This document shows, in pieces, positions 24,287 to 35,999 of a stretch of DNA of 64,000 bases. Each line of letters begins with the position of its first letter. Positions within the stretch are counted from its first letter, which is position 1. The notes beneath the pieces were generated by a model. It saw only the letters and a program-made list of their open reading frames with translations. It was not told the origin of the DNA and did not search any database. The DNA comes from Escherichia coli O157:H7 (GTDB taxonomy: Bacteria; Pseudomonadota; Gammaproteobacteria; Enterobacterales; Enterobacteriaceae): NCBI RefSeq assembly GCF_013167455.1, contig NZ_CP038328.1, one strand, 5' to 3'. The translations under genes were made by a program, and so were the position numbers.

Positions 24287-25627
24287 ATGTTATTTACTAT
24301 CCAACTTATCATAATACTGATATGTCTGTTTTATGGTGCCAGAAAGGGTGGTATCGCGCTGGGTTTATTAGGCGGTATCGGTCTGGTCATTCTGGTCTTC
24401 GTCTTCCACCTTCAGCCAGGTAAACCACCAGTTGATGTCATGCTGGTTATCATTGCGGTGGTGGCGGCATCGGCGACCTTGCAAGCTTCGGGCGGTCTTG
24501 ATGTCATGCTGCAAATTGCCGAGAAGCTGCTGCGCCGCAACCCGAAATATGTCTCAATTGTCGCGCCGTTTGTGACCTGTACGCTGACCATTCTTTGCGG
24601 TACGGGTCATGTGGTTTACACCATTCTGCCGATCATCTACGACGTCGCCATTAAGAACAACATCCGTCCGGAACGTCCGATGGCGGCAAGTTCTATCGGT
24701 GCACAGATGGGGATTATCGCCAGTCCGGTGTCGGTTGCGGTCGTGTCTCTGGTTGCAATGCTGGGTAATGTCACCTTTGATGGTCGCCATCTTGAGTTCC
24801 TCGACCTGCTGGCAATCACCATTCCATCGACGTTAATCGGTATCCTGGCGATCGGTATCTTCAGCTGGTTCCGCGGTAAAGATCTGGATAAAGACGAAGA
24901 GTTCCAGAAATTCATCTCCGTACCGGAAAACCGTGAGTATGTTTACGGTGATACCGCGACGCTGCTGGATAAAAAACTGCCGAAAAGCAACTGGCTGGCA
25001 ATGTGGATTTTCCTCGGGGCAATCGCTGTAGTCGCACTTCTTGGTGCTGATTCGGACCTGCGTCCATCCTTCGGCGGCAAACCGCTGTCGATGGTACTGG
25101 TTATTCAGATGTTTATGCTGCTGACCGGGGCGCTGATTATTATCCTGACCAAAACCAATCCCGCGTCTATCTCAAAAAACGAAGTCTTCCGTTCCGGTAT
25201 GATCGCCATCGTGGCGGTGTACGGTATCGCATGGATGGCAGAAACCATGTTCGGTGCGCATATGTCTGAAATTCAGGGCGTACTGGGTGAAATGGTGAAA
25301 GAGTATCCGTGGGCCTATGCCATTGTTCTGCTGCTGGTTTCCAAGTTTGTAAACTCTCAGGCTGCGGCGCTGGCGGCGATTGTTCCGGTCGCGCTAGCGA
25401 TCGGCGTTGATCCGGCATACATCGTGGCTTCAGCACCGGCTTGCTACGGTTATTACATCCTGCCGACTTATCCGAGCGATCTGGCAGCGATTCAGTTTGA
25501 CCGTTCCGGCACCACCCACATCGGTCGCTTCGTCATCAACCACAGCTTTATTCTGCCGGGGTTGATTGGTGTGAGCGTATCGTGCGTCTTCGGCTGGATC
25601 TTCGCCGCGATGTACGGGTTCTTATAA
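24287..25627 (+). CDS. dcuB: Anaerobic C4-dicarboxylate antiporter DcuB, 446 aa
   Basis: [48 protein letters not shown]...; paralogue of DcuA in this window; preceded by 570-bp AT-rich regulatory spacer. Confidence 0.97.
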
Positions 25628-25636
25628 ATGCACTTT

Positions 25637-25670
25637 GCGTGCCGCCCGTTACTACGCGGCACGCCATTTT
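25637..25670 (+). terminator. Hairpin after dcuB (weak T-run); partial terminator before fumB
   Basis: gcgtgccgc-ccgttactac-gcggcacgc then cattttcg. Confidence 0.45.
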
Positions 25671-25704
25671 CGAATAACAAATACAGAGTTACAGGCTGGA
25701 AGCT

Positions 25705-27351
25705 ATGTCAAACAAACCCTTTATCTACCAGGCACCTTTCCCGATGGGGAAAGACAATACCGAATACTATCTACTCACTTCCGATTACGTTAGCGTTGCC
25801 GACTTCGACGGCGAAACCATCCTGAAAGTGGAACCAGAAGCCCTGACCCTGCTGGCGCAGCAAGCCTTCCACGACGCTTCTTTCATGCTCCGTCCGGCAC
25901 ACCAGAAACAGGTTGCGGCTATTCTTCACGATCCAGAAGCCAGCGAAAACGACAAGTACGTGGCACTGCAATTCTTAAGAAACTCCGAAATCGCCGCCAA
26001 AGGCGTGCTGCCGACCTGCCAGGATACCGGCACCGCGATCATCGTCGGTAAAAAAGGCCAGCGCGTGTGGACCGGTGGCGGTGATGAAGAAGCGCTGTCG
26101 AAAGGCGTCTATAACACCTATATCGAAGATAACCTGCGCTACTCGCAAAACGCGGCGCTGGACATGTACAAAGAGGTCAACACCGGCACTAACCTGCCTG
26201 CGCAAATCGACCTGTACGCGGTAGATGGCGATGAGTACAAATTCCTTTGCGTTGCGAAAGGCGGCGGCTCTGCCAACAAAACCTATCTCTACCAGGAAAC
26301 CAAAGCCCTGCTGACTCCCGGCAAACTGAAAAACTTCCTCGTCGAGAAAATGCGTACCCTCGGTACTGCAGCCTGCCCGCCGTACCATATCGCGTTTGTG
26401 ATTGGCGGTACGTCTGTGGAAACCAACCTGAAAACCGTTAAGTTAGCAAGCGCTCACTATTACGATGAACTGCCGACGGAAGGGAACGAACATGGTCAGG
26501 CGTTCCGCGATGTCCAGCTGGAACAGGAACTGCTGGAAAAGGCCCAGAAACTCGGTCTTGGCGCGCAGTTTGGCGGTAAATACTTCGCGCACGACATTCG
26601 CGTTATCCGTCTGCCACGTCACGGCGCATCCTGCCCGGTAGGCATGGGCGTCTCCTGCTCCGCTGACCGTAACATTAAAGCGAAAATCAACCGCGAAGGT
26701 ATCTGGATCGAAAAACTGGAACACCATCCAGGTCAGTACATTCCACAAGAACTGCGCCAGGCCGGTGAAGGCGAAGCGGTGAAGGTCGACCTTAACCGCC
26801 CGATGAAAGAGATCCTCGCCCAGCTTTCGCAATATCCGGTTTCCACTCGTTTGTCGCTCACCGGCACCATTATCGTGGGCCGAGATATTGCACACGCCAA
26901 GCTGAAAGAGCTGATTGACGCCGGTAAAGAACTTCCGCAGTACATCAAAGATCACCCGATCTACTACGCGGGTCCGGCGAAAACCCCTGCCGGTTATCCA
27001 TCAGGCTCACTTGGCCCAACCACCGCAGGTCGTATGGACTCCTATGTGGATCTGCTGCAATCCCACGGCGGCAGCATGATCATGCTAGCGAAAGGTAACC
27101 GCAGTCAGCAGGTTACCGACGCGTGTCATAAACACGGCGGCTTCTACCTCGGTAGCATCGGCGGTCCGGCGGCGGTACTGGCGCAGCAGAGCATCAAGCA
27201 TCTGGAATGCGTCGCTTATCCGGAGCTGGGTATGGAAGCTATCTGGAAAATCGAAGTAGAAGATTTCCCGGCGTTTATCCTGGTCGATGACAAAGGTAAC
27301 GACTTCTTCCAGCAAATCATCAACAAACAGTGCGCGAACTGCACTAAGTAA
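25705..27351 (+). CDS. fumB: Class I (Fe-S) fumarate hydratase FumB, 548 aa
   Basis: [47 protein letters not shown]... Confidence 0.97.
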   Translation: MSNKPFIYQAPFPMGKDNTEYYLLTSDYVSVADFDGETILKVEPEALTLLAQQAFHDASFMLRPAHQKQVAAILHDPEASENDKYVALQFLRNSEIAAKGVLPTCQDTGTAIIVGKKGQRVWTGGGDEEALSKGVYNTYIEDNLRYSQNAALDMYKEVNTGTNLPAQIDLYAVDGDEYKFLCVAKGGGSANKTYLYQETKALLTPGKLKNFLVEKMRTLGTAACPPYHIAFVIGGTSVETNLKTVKLASAHYYDELPTEGNEHGQAFRDVQLEQELLEKAQKLGLGAQFGGKYFAHDIRVIRLPRHGASCPVGMGVSCSADRNIKAKINREGIWIEKLEHHPGQYIPQELRQAGEGEAVKVDLNRPMKEILAQLSQYPVSTRLSLTGTIIVGRDIAHAKLKELIDAGKELPQYIKDHPIYYAGPAKTPAGYPSGSLGPTTAGRMDSYVDLLQSHGGSMIMLAKGNRSQQVTDACHKHGGFYLGSIGGPAAVLAQQSIKHLECVAYPELGMEAIWKIEVEDFPAFILVDDKGNDFFQQIINKQCANCTK

Positions 27352-27473
27352 CCTCTTCGGCCCAGCGCCTGGCAGCATGCTGCCAGGTGATCCCCCTGGG
27401 CCACCTCTTTTGCGATTGTAATTTCACGCTTGCTGGTGAATAGTCAGTATTTTCCCTGACTTGCGAACTCACC

Positions 27474-28103
27474 ATGACCCGCACACTCAAGCCGTTAATT
27501 CTTAACACCGGCGCACTGGCGCTAACGTTAATCCTGATTTATACCGGCATTTCGGCCCATGACAAACTCACCTGGCTGATGGAAGTGACACCGGTGATTA
27601 TTGTCGTGCCGCTACTGCTTGCCACCGCTAAACGTTATCCGTTAACGCCGCTGCTCTATACGCTCATTTTCTTTCACGCCATCATCCTGATGGTCGGCGG
27701 GCAATACACCTACGCGAAAGTCCCCATCGGTTTTGAGGTGCAGGAATGGCTGGGGTTGAGCCGTAATCCGTATGACAAGCTGGGGCATTTTTTCCAGGGG
27801 CTGGTGCCTGCACTGGTGGCACGAGAGATCCTTGTGCGCGGGATGTACGTTCGCGGACGTAAAATGGTGGCGTTTCTGGTCTGTTGCGTGGCGCTGGCGA
27901 TAAGCGCGATGTATGAATTAATCGAGTGGTGGGCGGCGCTGGCAATGGGCCAGGGAGCGGATGATTTTCTCGGCACCCAGGGCGACCAGTGGGACACGCA
28001 ATCCGATATGTTCTGCGCGCTGCTTGGCGCATTAACCACGGTGATATTCCTCGCTCGCTTTCATTGCCGTCAGCTACGGCGCTTTGGCTTGATAACCGGA
28101 TAA
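27474..28103 (+). CDS. yjdF: Inner-membrane protein YjdF, 209 aa
   Basis: MTRTLKPLILNTGALALTLILIYTGISAHDKLTWLMEVTPVIIVVPLLLATAKRYPLTPLLYTLIFF... Confidence 0.9.
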   Translation: MTRTLKPLILNTGALALTLILIYTGISAHDKLTWLMEVTPVIIVVPLLLATAKRYPLTPLLYTLIFFHAIILMVGGQYTYAKVPIGFEVQEWLGLSRNPYDKLGHFFQGLVPALVAREILVRGMYVRGRKMVAFLVCCVALAISAMYELIEWWAALAMGQGADDFLGTQGDQWDTQSDMFCALLGALTTVIFLARFHCRQLRRFGLITG

Positions 28104-28120
28104 CAACGTGCACTTTGTTG

Positions 28121-28218
28121 ATGCCGGATGCGGCGTGAATTCCTTATCCGGTCTACAAAATTTGCAAATCCAAAGCATTCCATTAAGACGTGGCCTGATA
28201 AACATATCGCATCAGGCC
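28121..28218. repeat. REP (repetitive extragenic palindrome) elements between convergent yjdF and melB
   Basis: gatgccggatgcggcgtgaattccttatccggtctac and ggcctgataaacatatcgcatcaggcc palindromes. Confidence 0.65.
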
Positions 28219-28241
28219 ATTTTCGTTAGCTATTGTCCACG

Positions 28242-29663
28242 TCAGGCTTTCACATCACTCACTGCACCGACCGGAATATCAGCATGAACAGGCTCGGGCG
28301 GTATTTTGCGATATTTATCCAGCAGATGAATCTGGATCCTGCGCAGCGTGTCGCCATTGAGGCGATAGAAACGGAAGTAGAGAATCAGCGTTACCATGAA
28401 AAACAGAGTCGGTAGAGCAATCATAATAAACTGCATACCTAATAGGGCTTGCGTAGACTGTTCAACATTCGGTACATAGCCAATCATCCCTAACACAACC
28501 GCAATGAAAAAAGCCGCAAAGGCTGAACCGCCCTTCACCACCATAGTCTGCACGGAGTAAGCGATGCTTTCACAGCGTACGTGCAGTTTATATTCACCGT
28601 AATCAACGGTATCTACCACCATGATGACCTGTAATACCCAGAAAAGCGCCGTTCCCACATTCAGCAAAATACCCGCAATCACAATGAGGACGACGTTGTG
28701 ATAGCTCATTAATGCCATTAACAGGAGAACACCACAGCTTAACACCGGAAGAATAGATGCTCCGGCCCATAAAATGCGTCGGGATAATGATTTAACTAAG
28801 CGTGGGAAGAATACTAACGTCACCAGGTTAGCAGCTCCCGCATACGACAGATAATAGGGGAACAAATCCGCATCACCGATAACATATGAGAAATAATAGA
28901 TAGCAAAGCCGGTAATAATGTTGCTGGCTACATTATAAGCAAGAGCCATACCCAAGAGGCATGAAAGCTGATCGTTTTTATAAATAAGCGCAACGATGGC
29001 TTTAAGTGTCAGATGGCTTCCTTCAGCAGACGGTTGATTGTCTGACGAAAAGACTTCATGCACATTGCGCAGAGTGATGATGGTTGAAACAATAAAAAAG
29101 GCGAGCAGTACCAGTGTGAACATCTGAAAGCCAAATCCCCGATCGCCACCGCCGACATAATTAACAAATGGTAGCGTCACACCTGCCGTAACAAAGCCCG
29201 CCAGACTGGCAAAAAAACGCGGATAAGGAACCAGTTGTTCACGCTCACGTTTATCGAGCGTGATGGTTGGAACCAGCGACCAGAAGGGAATATCCATAAT
29301 GGTGTAAGTCATGCCCCAGAGGATGTAGGTCACGCAAACAAAGGCAATCTGAGTAGTACCTTCAAACAGATGCGCACTAAAGAGGAGAAATAAGATTACA
29401 GAGTTTGCCAACGTACCGATCAGGATCCAGGGTTTGAACTTACCCCATCGCGATCGCGTAGCATTTACAATCCATCCCATAATCGGATCGTTAATAGCAT
29501 CCCAGATCCTCGCCACCAGAAACAAAGTACCGACCAAACCCACAGACAGCCCGACGACATCGGTGTAGTAATACATGAGGTACATATACACAATGCCGAT
29601 CGCAAAATCCTTCCCGAACGCTCCAAATCCATAACTGAGTTTTGTAGTCATTGAAATGCTCAT
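28242..29663 (-). CDS. melB: Melibiose:cation symporter MelB, 473 aa
   Basis: [48 protein letters not shown]...; ORF-track start 29687 trimmed by 8 codons. Confidence 0.95.
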   Translation of the reverse strand: MSISMTTKLSYGFGAFGKDFAIGIVYMYLMYYYTDVVGLSVGLVGTLFLVARIWDAINDPIMGWIVNATRSRWGKFKPWILIGTLANSVILFLLFSAHLFEGTTQIAFVCVTYILWGMTYTIMDIPFWSLVPTITLDKREREQLVPYPRFFASLAGFVTAGVTLPFVNYVGGGDRGFGFQMFTLVLLAFFIVSTIITLRNVHEVFSSDNQPSAEGSHLTLKAIVALIYKNDQLSCLLGMALAYNVASNIITGFAIYYFSYVIGDADLFPYYLSYAGAANLVTLVFFPRLVKSLSRRILWAGASILPVLSCGVLLLMALMSYHNVVLIVIAGILLNVGTALFWVLQVIMVVDTVDYGEYKLHVRCESIAYSVQTMVVKGGSAFAAFFIAVVLGMIGYVPNVEQSTQALLGMQFIMIALPTLFFMVTLILYFRFYRLNGDTLRRIQIHLLDKYRKIPPEPVHADIPVGAVSDVKA

Positions 29664-29765
29664 AGGGTATCGGGTCGCTGTTACCAACGCCCGCCTTCTG
29701 TTATTGGTATCGTCAGAGGTGTGCGCCGGAATAAATCCCCCGGCGCAGTAGCGTTTAGTCGCGTT

Positions 29766-31121
29766 TTAACGGTGCAACCAGCCTGGCAGCCAGTCGCCGT
29801 GGGCGGCAATCAGGTCGTCAACAAGAGCATATATTTCGTCAATGCCCAGCACGGCGGCAGTATGCGGGTCCATCATCGCAGCGTGGTAAACACGGTCGCG
29901 ATTTTCCGTAAGAATAGCTTCGGTCAGCAGCGTCTGTACGTTGATGTTGGTTTGCATCAGGGCGGCCAGATGCGAAGGTAGCGTACCGACTTTGGTCGGC
30001 TGAATGCCATTAGCATCAACCAGACAGGCCACTTCCACGCAACATCCTTGTGGCAGGTTATCAATCAAACCATCGTTACGGACGTTGCCGTAAATCACAC
30101 TCGGCTCGCCCGTCCAGATAGCGTTCATGATTGTGCTGGCATATTCCCGTGACGGTTTAATATCAATCCGGGAGGCGTTTTTATACTCCTCCAGCTCTTT
30201 ATGCCAGTTCGCCAGCTGCTCGACGCAGCGTTTCGGGTACTCATCCAGCGGTACTTTATAACGCTCAATCAAATCCTCACGACCTGGCTTAATAAACCAC
30301 GGTGTGTACTCAGCAAAATGTTCTGACGATTCCGTGACGAAATAGCCCAGCTTTTTGAACATTTCATAGCGCACAATATTCTGGCAGCGAGTATTGCCGT
30401 GAATATTCGGCTTCGGTGCCTGCCCTGCGTCATAAGCCGCCAGCAGTTCCGGGTAGAGATTCACGTAACTGCCGTCGGCGGTTTTGCGCTCCAGCTCCAG
30501 GTAAAACGCCATATGGTTGATACCTGCGCAACGGTAACGCAGCGTAGCCGGGTCGATATTGAGGTCACGCGCCAGCTCTTCCGCCGTTCCCTGCACCGAA
30601 TGGCACAGCCCGACCTGTTTGATATGCGGATAGCGGGCATACATCGCCCAGGTATTCATCGCCATTGGGTTAACATAGTTGAGCATGGTGGCATCGGGGC
30701 AGACTTCCGTCATGTCCTCGCAAATTTGCCACAGATGCGGAATGGTACGTAGCGCGCGCATAATACCGCCCGGCCCCAACGTATCGGCAATGGTTTGTTC
30801 CAGACCATGCCGCTTACAGACCTCGAAATCAGTCACCGTGCAAGGTGCATAACCGCCAATCTGAAATGCCACCACGACAAAATCGGCATCCTGTAAGGCT
30901 TCTTTCTGTTGGGTGTGGCAGGTGATTTTGCCGCTGGCCCCTGCTGAATCCATCAGCTTACGCACCACAATATGCGACTCTTCCAGGCGGGTGGGGTCAA
31001 TGTCCATCAGGGCAATATGCGCCGTTTTCAGCGCCTCGCGATGGAACACATCACCAAGAATATTTTTAACGAAAATCGTCGAACCAGCGCCGATAAATGT
31101 AATTTTGGGTGCAGACATCAT
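29766..31121 (-). CDS. melA: Alpha-galactosidase MelA (GH4, NAD/Mn-dependent), 451 aa
   Basis: MMSAPKITFIGAGSTIFVKNILGDVFHREALKTAHIALMDIDPTRLEESH... Confidence 0.97.
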   Translation of the reverse strand: MMSAPKITFIGAGSTIFVKNILGDVFHREALKTAHIALMDIDPTRLEESHIVVRKLMDSAGASGKITCHTQQKEALQDADFVVVAFQIGGYAPCTVTDFEVCKRHGLEQTIADTLGPGGIMRALRTIPHLWQICEDMTEVCPDATMLNYVNPMAMNTWAMYARYPHIKQVGLCHSVQGTAEELARDLNIDPATLRYRCAGINHMAFYLELERKTADGSYVNLYPELLAAYDAGQAPKPNIHGNTRCQNIVRYEMFKKLGYFVTESSEHFAEYTPWFIKPGREDLIERYKVPLDEYPKRCVEQLANWHKELEEYKNASRIDIKPSREYASTIMNAIWTGEPSVIYGNVRNDGLIDNLPQGCCVEVACLVDANGIQPTKVGTLPSHLAALMQTNINVQTLLTEAILTENRDRVYHAAMMDPHTAAVLGIDEIYALVDDLIAAHGDWLPGWLHR

Positions 31122-31201
31122 GCAGATCTCCTGGCTTGCTTGAATAACTTCATCATGGCAGGCGAATCTGCAGAAAACCTCCGGCTTCCAGGTTGAGCAT
31201 T

Positions 31202-31251
31202 CCCATAAACTCAGATCCTGCGTGAAGCAGCAGTAAATCTGAGTTTATGGG
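31202..31251. promoter_or_regulatory. Inverted repeat in the melAB-melR divergent promoter region; candidate MelR operator pair
   Basis: cccataaactcagat ... atctgagtttatggg (15-bp arms, perfect) between melA and melR. Confidence 0.6.
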
Positions 31252-31403
31252 AATAATTTACCTGAAAAGCAGAGTTTTCGGCCTCATGATGCTCGGACAC
31301 TCCCCTCGCCCCTCTGGGAAGAGGGTGAAAACCGTGCTCCCACTCGCAGTCATCCTCCCTCACTCCTGCCATAATTCTGATATTCCAGGAAAGAGAGCCA
31401 TCC

Positions 31404-32312
31404 ATGAATACAGATACGTTTATGTGCAGCAGCGACGAAAAACAGACCCGCAGCCCGCTGTCGCTGTATTCGGAATACCAGCGGATGGAGATTGAGTTTC
31501 GCGCACCGCATATCATGCCCACCAGCCACTGGCATGGTCAGGTCGAAGTGAATGTGCCTTTCGATGGCGATGTGGAATACCTGATCAACAATGAAAAAGT
31601 GAATATCAATCAGGGACATATCACGCTGTTCTGGGCCTGTATACCGCACCAACTAACAGATACCGGAACCTGTCAGAGCATGGCGATTTTTAATCTGCCG
31701 ATGCATCTGTTTCTCTCCTGGCCGCTGGATAAAGACCTGATTAACCACGTCACTCACGGCATGGTGATCAAATCACTTGCTACACAGCAACTTAGCCCGT
31801 TTGAAGTGCGCCGCTGGCAGCAGGAATTAAACAGTCCGAATGAGCAAATTCGCCAGCTCGCCATTGATGAAATTGGCCTGATGCTCAAGCGATTTAGCCT
31901 CTCTGGCTGGGAACCGATTCTGGTCAATAAAACCTCGCGCACACACAAAAACAGCGTCTCGCGCCATGCGCAATTTTATGTTAGCCAGATGCTGGGCTTT
32001 ATTGCCGAAAACTATGACCAGGCGCTGACCATCAACGATGTGGCTGAGCACGTCAAACTTAACGCCAACTATGCAATGGGGATATTCCAGCGGGTCATGC
32101 AATTGACGATGAAACAGTACATTACCGCGATGCGCATCAACCACGTTCGCGCGTTACTGAGCGATACCGATAAAAGTATTCTCGATATTGCCCTGACGGC
32201 AGGCTTTCGTTCAAGTAGTCGTTTTTACAGCACGTTCGGCAAATATGTCGGCATGTCGCCGCAACAATACCGCAAACTTAGCCAACAGCGCCGCCAGACG
32301 TTTCCCGGCTAA
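31404..32312 (+). CDS. melR: AraC-family melibiose operon activator MelR, 302 aa
   Basis: MNTDTFMCSSDEKQTRSPLSLYSEYQRMEIEFRAPHIMPTSHWHGQVEVNVPFDGD...; C-terminal AraC HTH. Confidence 0.95.
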   Translation: MNTDTFMCSSDEKQTRSPLSLYSEYQRMEIEFRAPHIMPTSHWHGQVEVNVPFDGDVEYLINNEKVNINQGHITLFWACIPHQLTDTGTCQSMAIFNLPMHLFLSWPLDKDLINHVTHGMVIKSLATQQLSPFEVRRWQQELNSPNEQIRQLAIDEIGLMLKRFSLSGWEPILVNKTSRTHKNSVSRHAQFYVSQMLGFIAENYDQALTINDVAEHVKLNANYAMGIFQRVMQLTMKQYITAMRINHVRALLSDTDKSILDIALTAGFRSSSRFYSTFGKYVGMSPQQYRKLSQQRRQTFPG

Positions 32313-32510
32313 AGACGATATCAGTATCAGCCAAAAAAATAGTTTAGCCGTCGATAATAAGCAGTGAAAATAATTTAAAATAATCACATAACATATTGTT
32401 TATAAAAACAAATATTTCAAAAATGTTTGTTTTTCACGCGCTTTACAGCCCGAAAAGGCCGGAAGATACTTGCCCGCAACGAAGATTCCTTCATAACCGG
32501 GTAAGCAATG

Positions 32511-34778
32511 ATGAAAGTATTAATTGTTGAAAGCGAGTTTCTCCATCAAGACACCTGGGTCGGTAACGCTGTTGAGCGTCTGGCAGATGCTTTAAGCCAG
32601 CAAAATGTTACCGTGATTAAATCCACCTCCTTTGATGATGGTTTTGCCATTCTCTCTTCAAACGAAGCCATTGACTGCCTGATGTTCAGCTATCAAATGG
32701 AACATCCGGACGAACATCAAAACGTCAGACAATTGATCGGTAAGCTTCATGAGCGCCAACAAAACGTGCCGGTCTTCCTGTTGGGCGATCGGGAAAAAGC
32801 CCTCGCCGCAATGGACCGGGATCTGCTGGAGCTTGTCGATGAATTCGCCTGGATTCTGGAAGATACCGCCGACTTTATCGCCGGACGCGCCGTTGCCGCG
32901 ATGACCCGCTACCGCCAGCAGCTGTTGCCGCCACTGTTCAGCGCGCTGATGAAATATAGCGACATCCATGAATATTCCTGGGCAGCGCCAGGCCACCAGG
33001 GCGGCGTTGGTTTTACCAAAACACCCGCCGGACGTTTCTACCATGACTACTACGGTGAAAATCTGTTCCGCACCGACATGGGCATCGAACGAACTTCCCT
33101 CGGTTCTTTGCTTGACCATACTGGCGCATTTGGCGAAAGCGAAAAATATGCCGCACGCGTATTTGGTGCCGATCGCTCCTGGTCGGTAGTCGTCGGTACT
33201 TCCGGCTCTAACCGCACCATCATGCAGGCTTGCATGACCGATAACGATGTCGTGGTCGTTGACCGTAACTGCCATAAATCCATCGAACAAGGTTTGATGC
33301 TGACAGGCGCGAAACCGGTCTACATGGTGCCAAGCCGCAACCGCTACGGCATTATCGGGCCAATCTATCCGCAGGAAATGCAACCTGAAACCTTGCAGAA
33401 GAAAATCAGTGAAAGCCCGCTGACTAAAGACAAAGCCGGGCAAAAACCGTCTTACTGCGTGGTGACCAACTGCACCTATGACGGCGTGTGTTATAACGCT
33501 AAAGAAGCGCAGGATCTGCTGGAAAAAACCTCCGATCGTCTGCACTTTGACGAAGCCTGGTACGGCTATGCACGTTTCAACCCGATCTATGCCGATCACT
33601 ATGCCATGCGCGGCGAACCTGGCGATCACAACGGTCCTACCGTTTTCGCCACCCACTCCACCCACAAACTGCTGAATGCGCTTTCACAGGCCTCTTATAT
33701 TCATGTACGTGAAGGTCGTGGGGCGATTAACTTCTCCCGCTTCAACCAGGCCTACATGATGCATGCCACCACCTCCCCGCTGTATGCCATCTGCGCATCC
33801 AACGACGTGGCGGTGTCGATGATGGACGGCAACAGCGGCCTGTCACTGACGCAGGAAGTGATCGACGAAGCGGTTGATTTCCGTCAGGCGATGGCGCGGC
33901 TGTATAAAGAGTTCGCCGCTGACGGTAGCTGGTTCTTCAAACCGTGGAACAAAGAAGTCGTCACCGACCCACAAACCGGCAAAACCTATGACTTTGCTGA
34001 CGCACCAACCAAACTGCTGACCACCGTTCAGGACTGCTGGGTAATGCATCCGGGCGAAAGCTGGCACGGCTTCAAAGATATTCCGGATAACTGGAGTATG
34101 CTCGACCCGATTAAAGTCAGCATCCTTGCTCCGGGAATGGGTGAAGATGGTGAACTGGAAGAAACCGGTGTTCCGGCGGCGCTGGTCACTGCCTGGCTTG
34201 GTCGCCACGGCATTGTGCCTACCCGCACCACTGACTTCCAAATTATGTTCCTGTTCTCTATGGGCGTAACCCGTGGGAAATGGGGGACTCTGGTTAACAC
34301 CCTTTGCTCCTTCAAACGCCACTATGACGCCAACACACCGCTGGCGCAGGTGATGCCGGAACTTGTTGAACAATATCCTGACACTTACGCGAACATGGGG
34401 ATTCACGATCTGGGTGACACCATGTTTGCCTGGCTGAAAGAAAACAACCCTGGCGCACGGTTGAACGAAGCCTATTCCGGCCTGCCGGTGGCGGAAATCA
34501 CCCCGCGTGAAGCGTACAACGCGATTGTCGACAACAATGTCGAACTGGTATCCATTGAAAATCTGCCAGGACGTATCGCGGCAAACTCAGTTATCCCGTA
34601 TCCGCCAGGAATCCCGATGCTGCTGTCTGGTGAAAACTTCGGCGATAAAAACAGTCCGCAAGTAAGTTATTTACGCTCGCTGCAATCCTGGGACCATCAT
34701 TTCCCTGGATTTGAACACGAAACTGAAGGGACTGAAATTATTGACGGTATTTACCACGTTATGTGTGTGAAAGCGTAA
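32511..34778 (+). CDS. adiA: Biodegradative (acid-inducible) arginine decarboxylase AdiA, 755 aa
   Basis: MKVLIVESEFLHQDTWVGNAVERLADALSQQNVTVIKSTSFDDGFAILSS...; paralogous to CadA in this window. Confidence 0.97.
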   Translation: MKVLIVESEFLHQDTWVGNAVERLADALSQQNVTVIKSTSFDDGFAILSSNEAIDCLMFSYQMEHPDEHQNVRQLIGKLHERQQNVPVFLLGDREKALAAMDRDLLELVDEFAWILEDTADFIAGRAVAAMTRYRQQLLPPLFSALMKYSDIHEYSWAAPGHQGGVGFTKTPAGRFYHDYYGENLFRTDMGIERTSLGSLLDHTGAFGESEKYAARVFGADRSWSVVVGTSGSNRTIMQACMTDNDVVVVDRNCHKSIEQGLMLTGAKPVYMVPSRNRYGIIGPIYPQEMQPETLQKKISESPLTKDKAGQKPSYCVVTNCTYDGVCYNAKEAQDLLEKTSDRLHFDEAWYGYARFNPIYADHYAMRGEPGDHNGPTVFATHSTHKLLNALSQASYIHVREGRGAINFSRFNQAYMMHATTSPLYAICASNDVAVSMMDGNSGLSLTQEVIDEAVDFRQAMARLYKEFAADGSWFFKPWNKEVVTDPQTGKTYDFADAPTKLLTTVQDCWVMHPGESWHGFKDIPDNWSMLDPIKVSILAPGMGEDGELEETGVPAALVTAWLGRHGIVPTRTTDFQIMFLFSMGVTRGKWGTLVNTLCSFKRHYDANTPLAQVMPELVEQYPDTYANMGIHDLGDTMFAWLKENNPGARLNEAYSGLPVAEITPREAYNAIVDNNVELVSIENLPGRIAANSVIPYPPGIPMLLSGENFGDKNSPQVSYLRSLQSWDHHFPGFEHETEGTEIIDGIYHVMCVKA

Positions 34779-34895
34779 CCACTATTCCGCTGAAGGCGTA
34801 ATTGTTTAAATAACATTACGCCGCCTGGCCTTAGGCCTTTTGAGTATGGCAACGTTTTCATAAAAATTGCTGCAAACAAAAATGTCATACTTTTT

Positions 34896-34922
34896 GCGCG
34901 GCCCCACCCCGCGCTTTTTTTT
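34896..34922 (+). terminator. Rho-independent terminator after adiA
   Basis: gcgcgg-ccccacc-ccgcgc followed by tttttttt. Confidence 0.85.
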
Positions 34923-35101
34923 GCCTGTTATTTACCCTGTAAAAAATATGTACATGAGAAATTTTTATAAAAATTTGTAATATTAGTAAAACTCGTTATT
35001 TTTATGCATGTTTATATTCATCATACAATTATATAACCATTTCCCGGTATCGCTTTGCTTTAGCGAGAACTGGTCTTTTATTCGCACTCAGGAGTACATG
35101 T

Positions 35102-35863
35102 ATGAGGATTTGCAGCGACCAACCTTGTATTGTTTTATTGACTGAAAAAGATGTCTGGATAAGGGTTAATGGGAAAGAACCTATTAGCCTTAAAGCTAAC
35201 CATATGGCGTTATTAAATTGTGAAAATAATATTATCGACGTCTCCTCTCTTAACAACACTTTGGTTGCTCATATTAGTCACGACATCATCAAAGATTACC
35301 TCCGGTTTCTGAATAAAGATCTCTCGCAAATACCAGTATGGCAACGTAGCGCTACGCCCATTCTCACCCTGCCATGCCTGACACCAGACGTCTTTCGCGT
35401 TGCCGCGCAACACAGCATGATGCCCGCAGAAACTGAGTCAGAAAAGGAACGAACACGCGCATTATTATTCACGGTGCTATCCCGTTTTCTCGACAGTAAA
35501 AAATTCCTTTCATTAATGATGTATATGTTACGTAATTGTGTAAGTGACAGCGTTTATCAAATTATTGAAAGCGATATTCACAAAGACTGGAATCTTAGTA
35601 TGGTAGCCAGTTGTTTATGTCTTAGCCCAAGTCTGTTAAAGAAAAAGCTGAAAAGCGAAAACACCAGTTATAGCCAAATAATCACCACCTGCCGCATGCG
35701 TTATGCCGTAAATGAATTAATGATGGACGGTAAAAATATCTCTCAGGTATCACAGTCCTGCGGCTACAACAGTACGTCGTACTTTATTTCTGTCTTTAAA
35801 GACTTCTACGGTATGACACCGCTGCATTATGTTAGTCAGCACAGAGAACGCACTGTCGCCTGA
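35102..35863 (+). CDS. adiY: AraC-family regulator AdiY, 253 aa
   Basis: MRICSDQPCIVLLTEKDVWIRVNGKEPISLKANHMALLNCENNIIDVSSLNN...; gene is visibly AT-rich. Confidence 0.93.
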   Translation: MRICSDQPCIVLLTEKDVWIRVNGKEPISLKANHMALLNCENNIIDVSSLNNTLVAHISHDIIKDYLRFLNKDLSQIPVWQRSATPILTLPCLTPDVFRVAAQHSMMPAETESEKERTRALLFTVLSRFLDSKKFLSLMMYMLRNCVSDSVYQIIESDIHKDWNLSMVASCLCLSPSLLKKKLKSENTSYSQIITTCRMRYAVNELMMDGKNISQVSQSCGYNSTSYFISVFKDFYGMTPLHYVSQHRERTVA

Positions 35864-35999
35864 TTTTTAACCTTAACGAAGAGCTATATTAATAACGGCA
35901 TCAGCGATAACCCGGTCGATAATAATTCAACTATCGAATGCAGGCGTATGATATGACGTAATTTATTGTCACGAAGCTCGCCTTCGCAGGAGTTTAATT

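Noticed and set aside
27352..27473. Possible yjdF-type riboswitch upstream of yjdF
   Set aside because: The yjdF RNA motif is described mainly in Firmicutes. The 120-nt leader here shows one simple hairpin (cctggcagcatgctgccagg) and I could not recognise the conserved motif, so no call is made.
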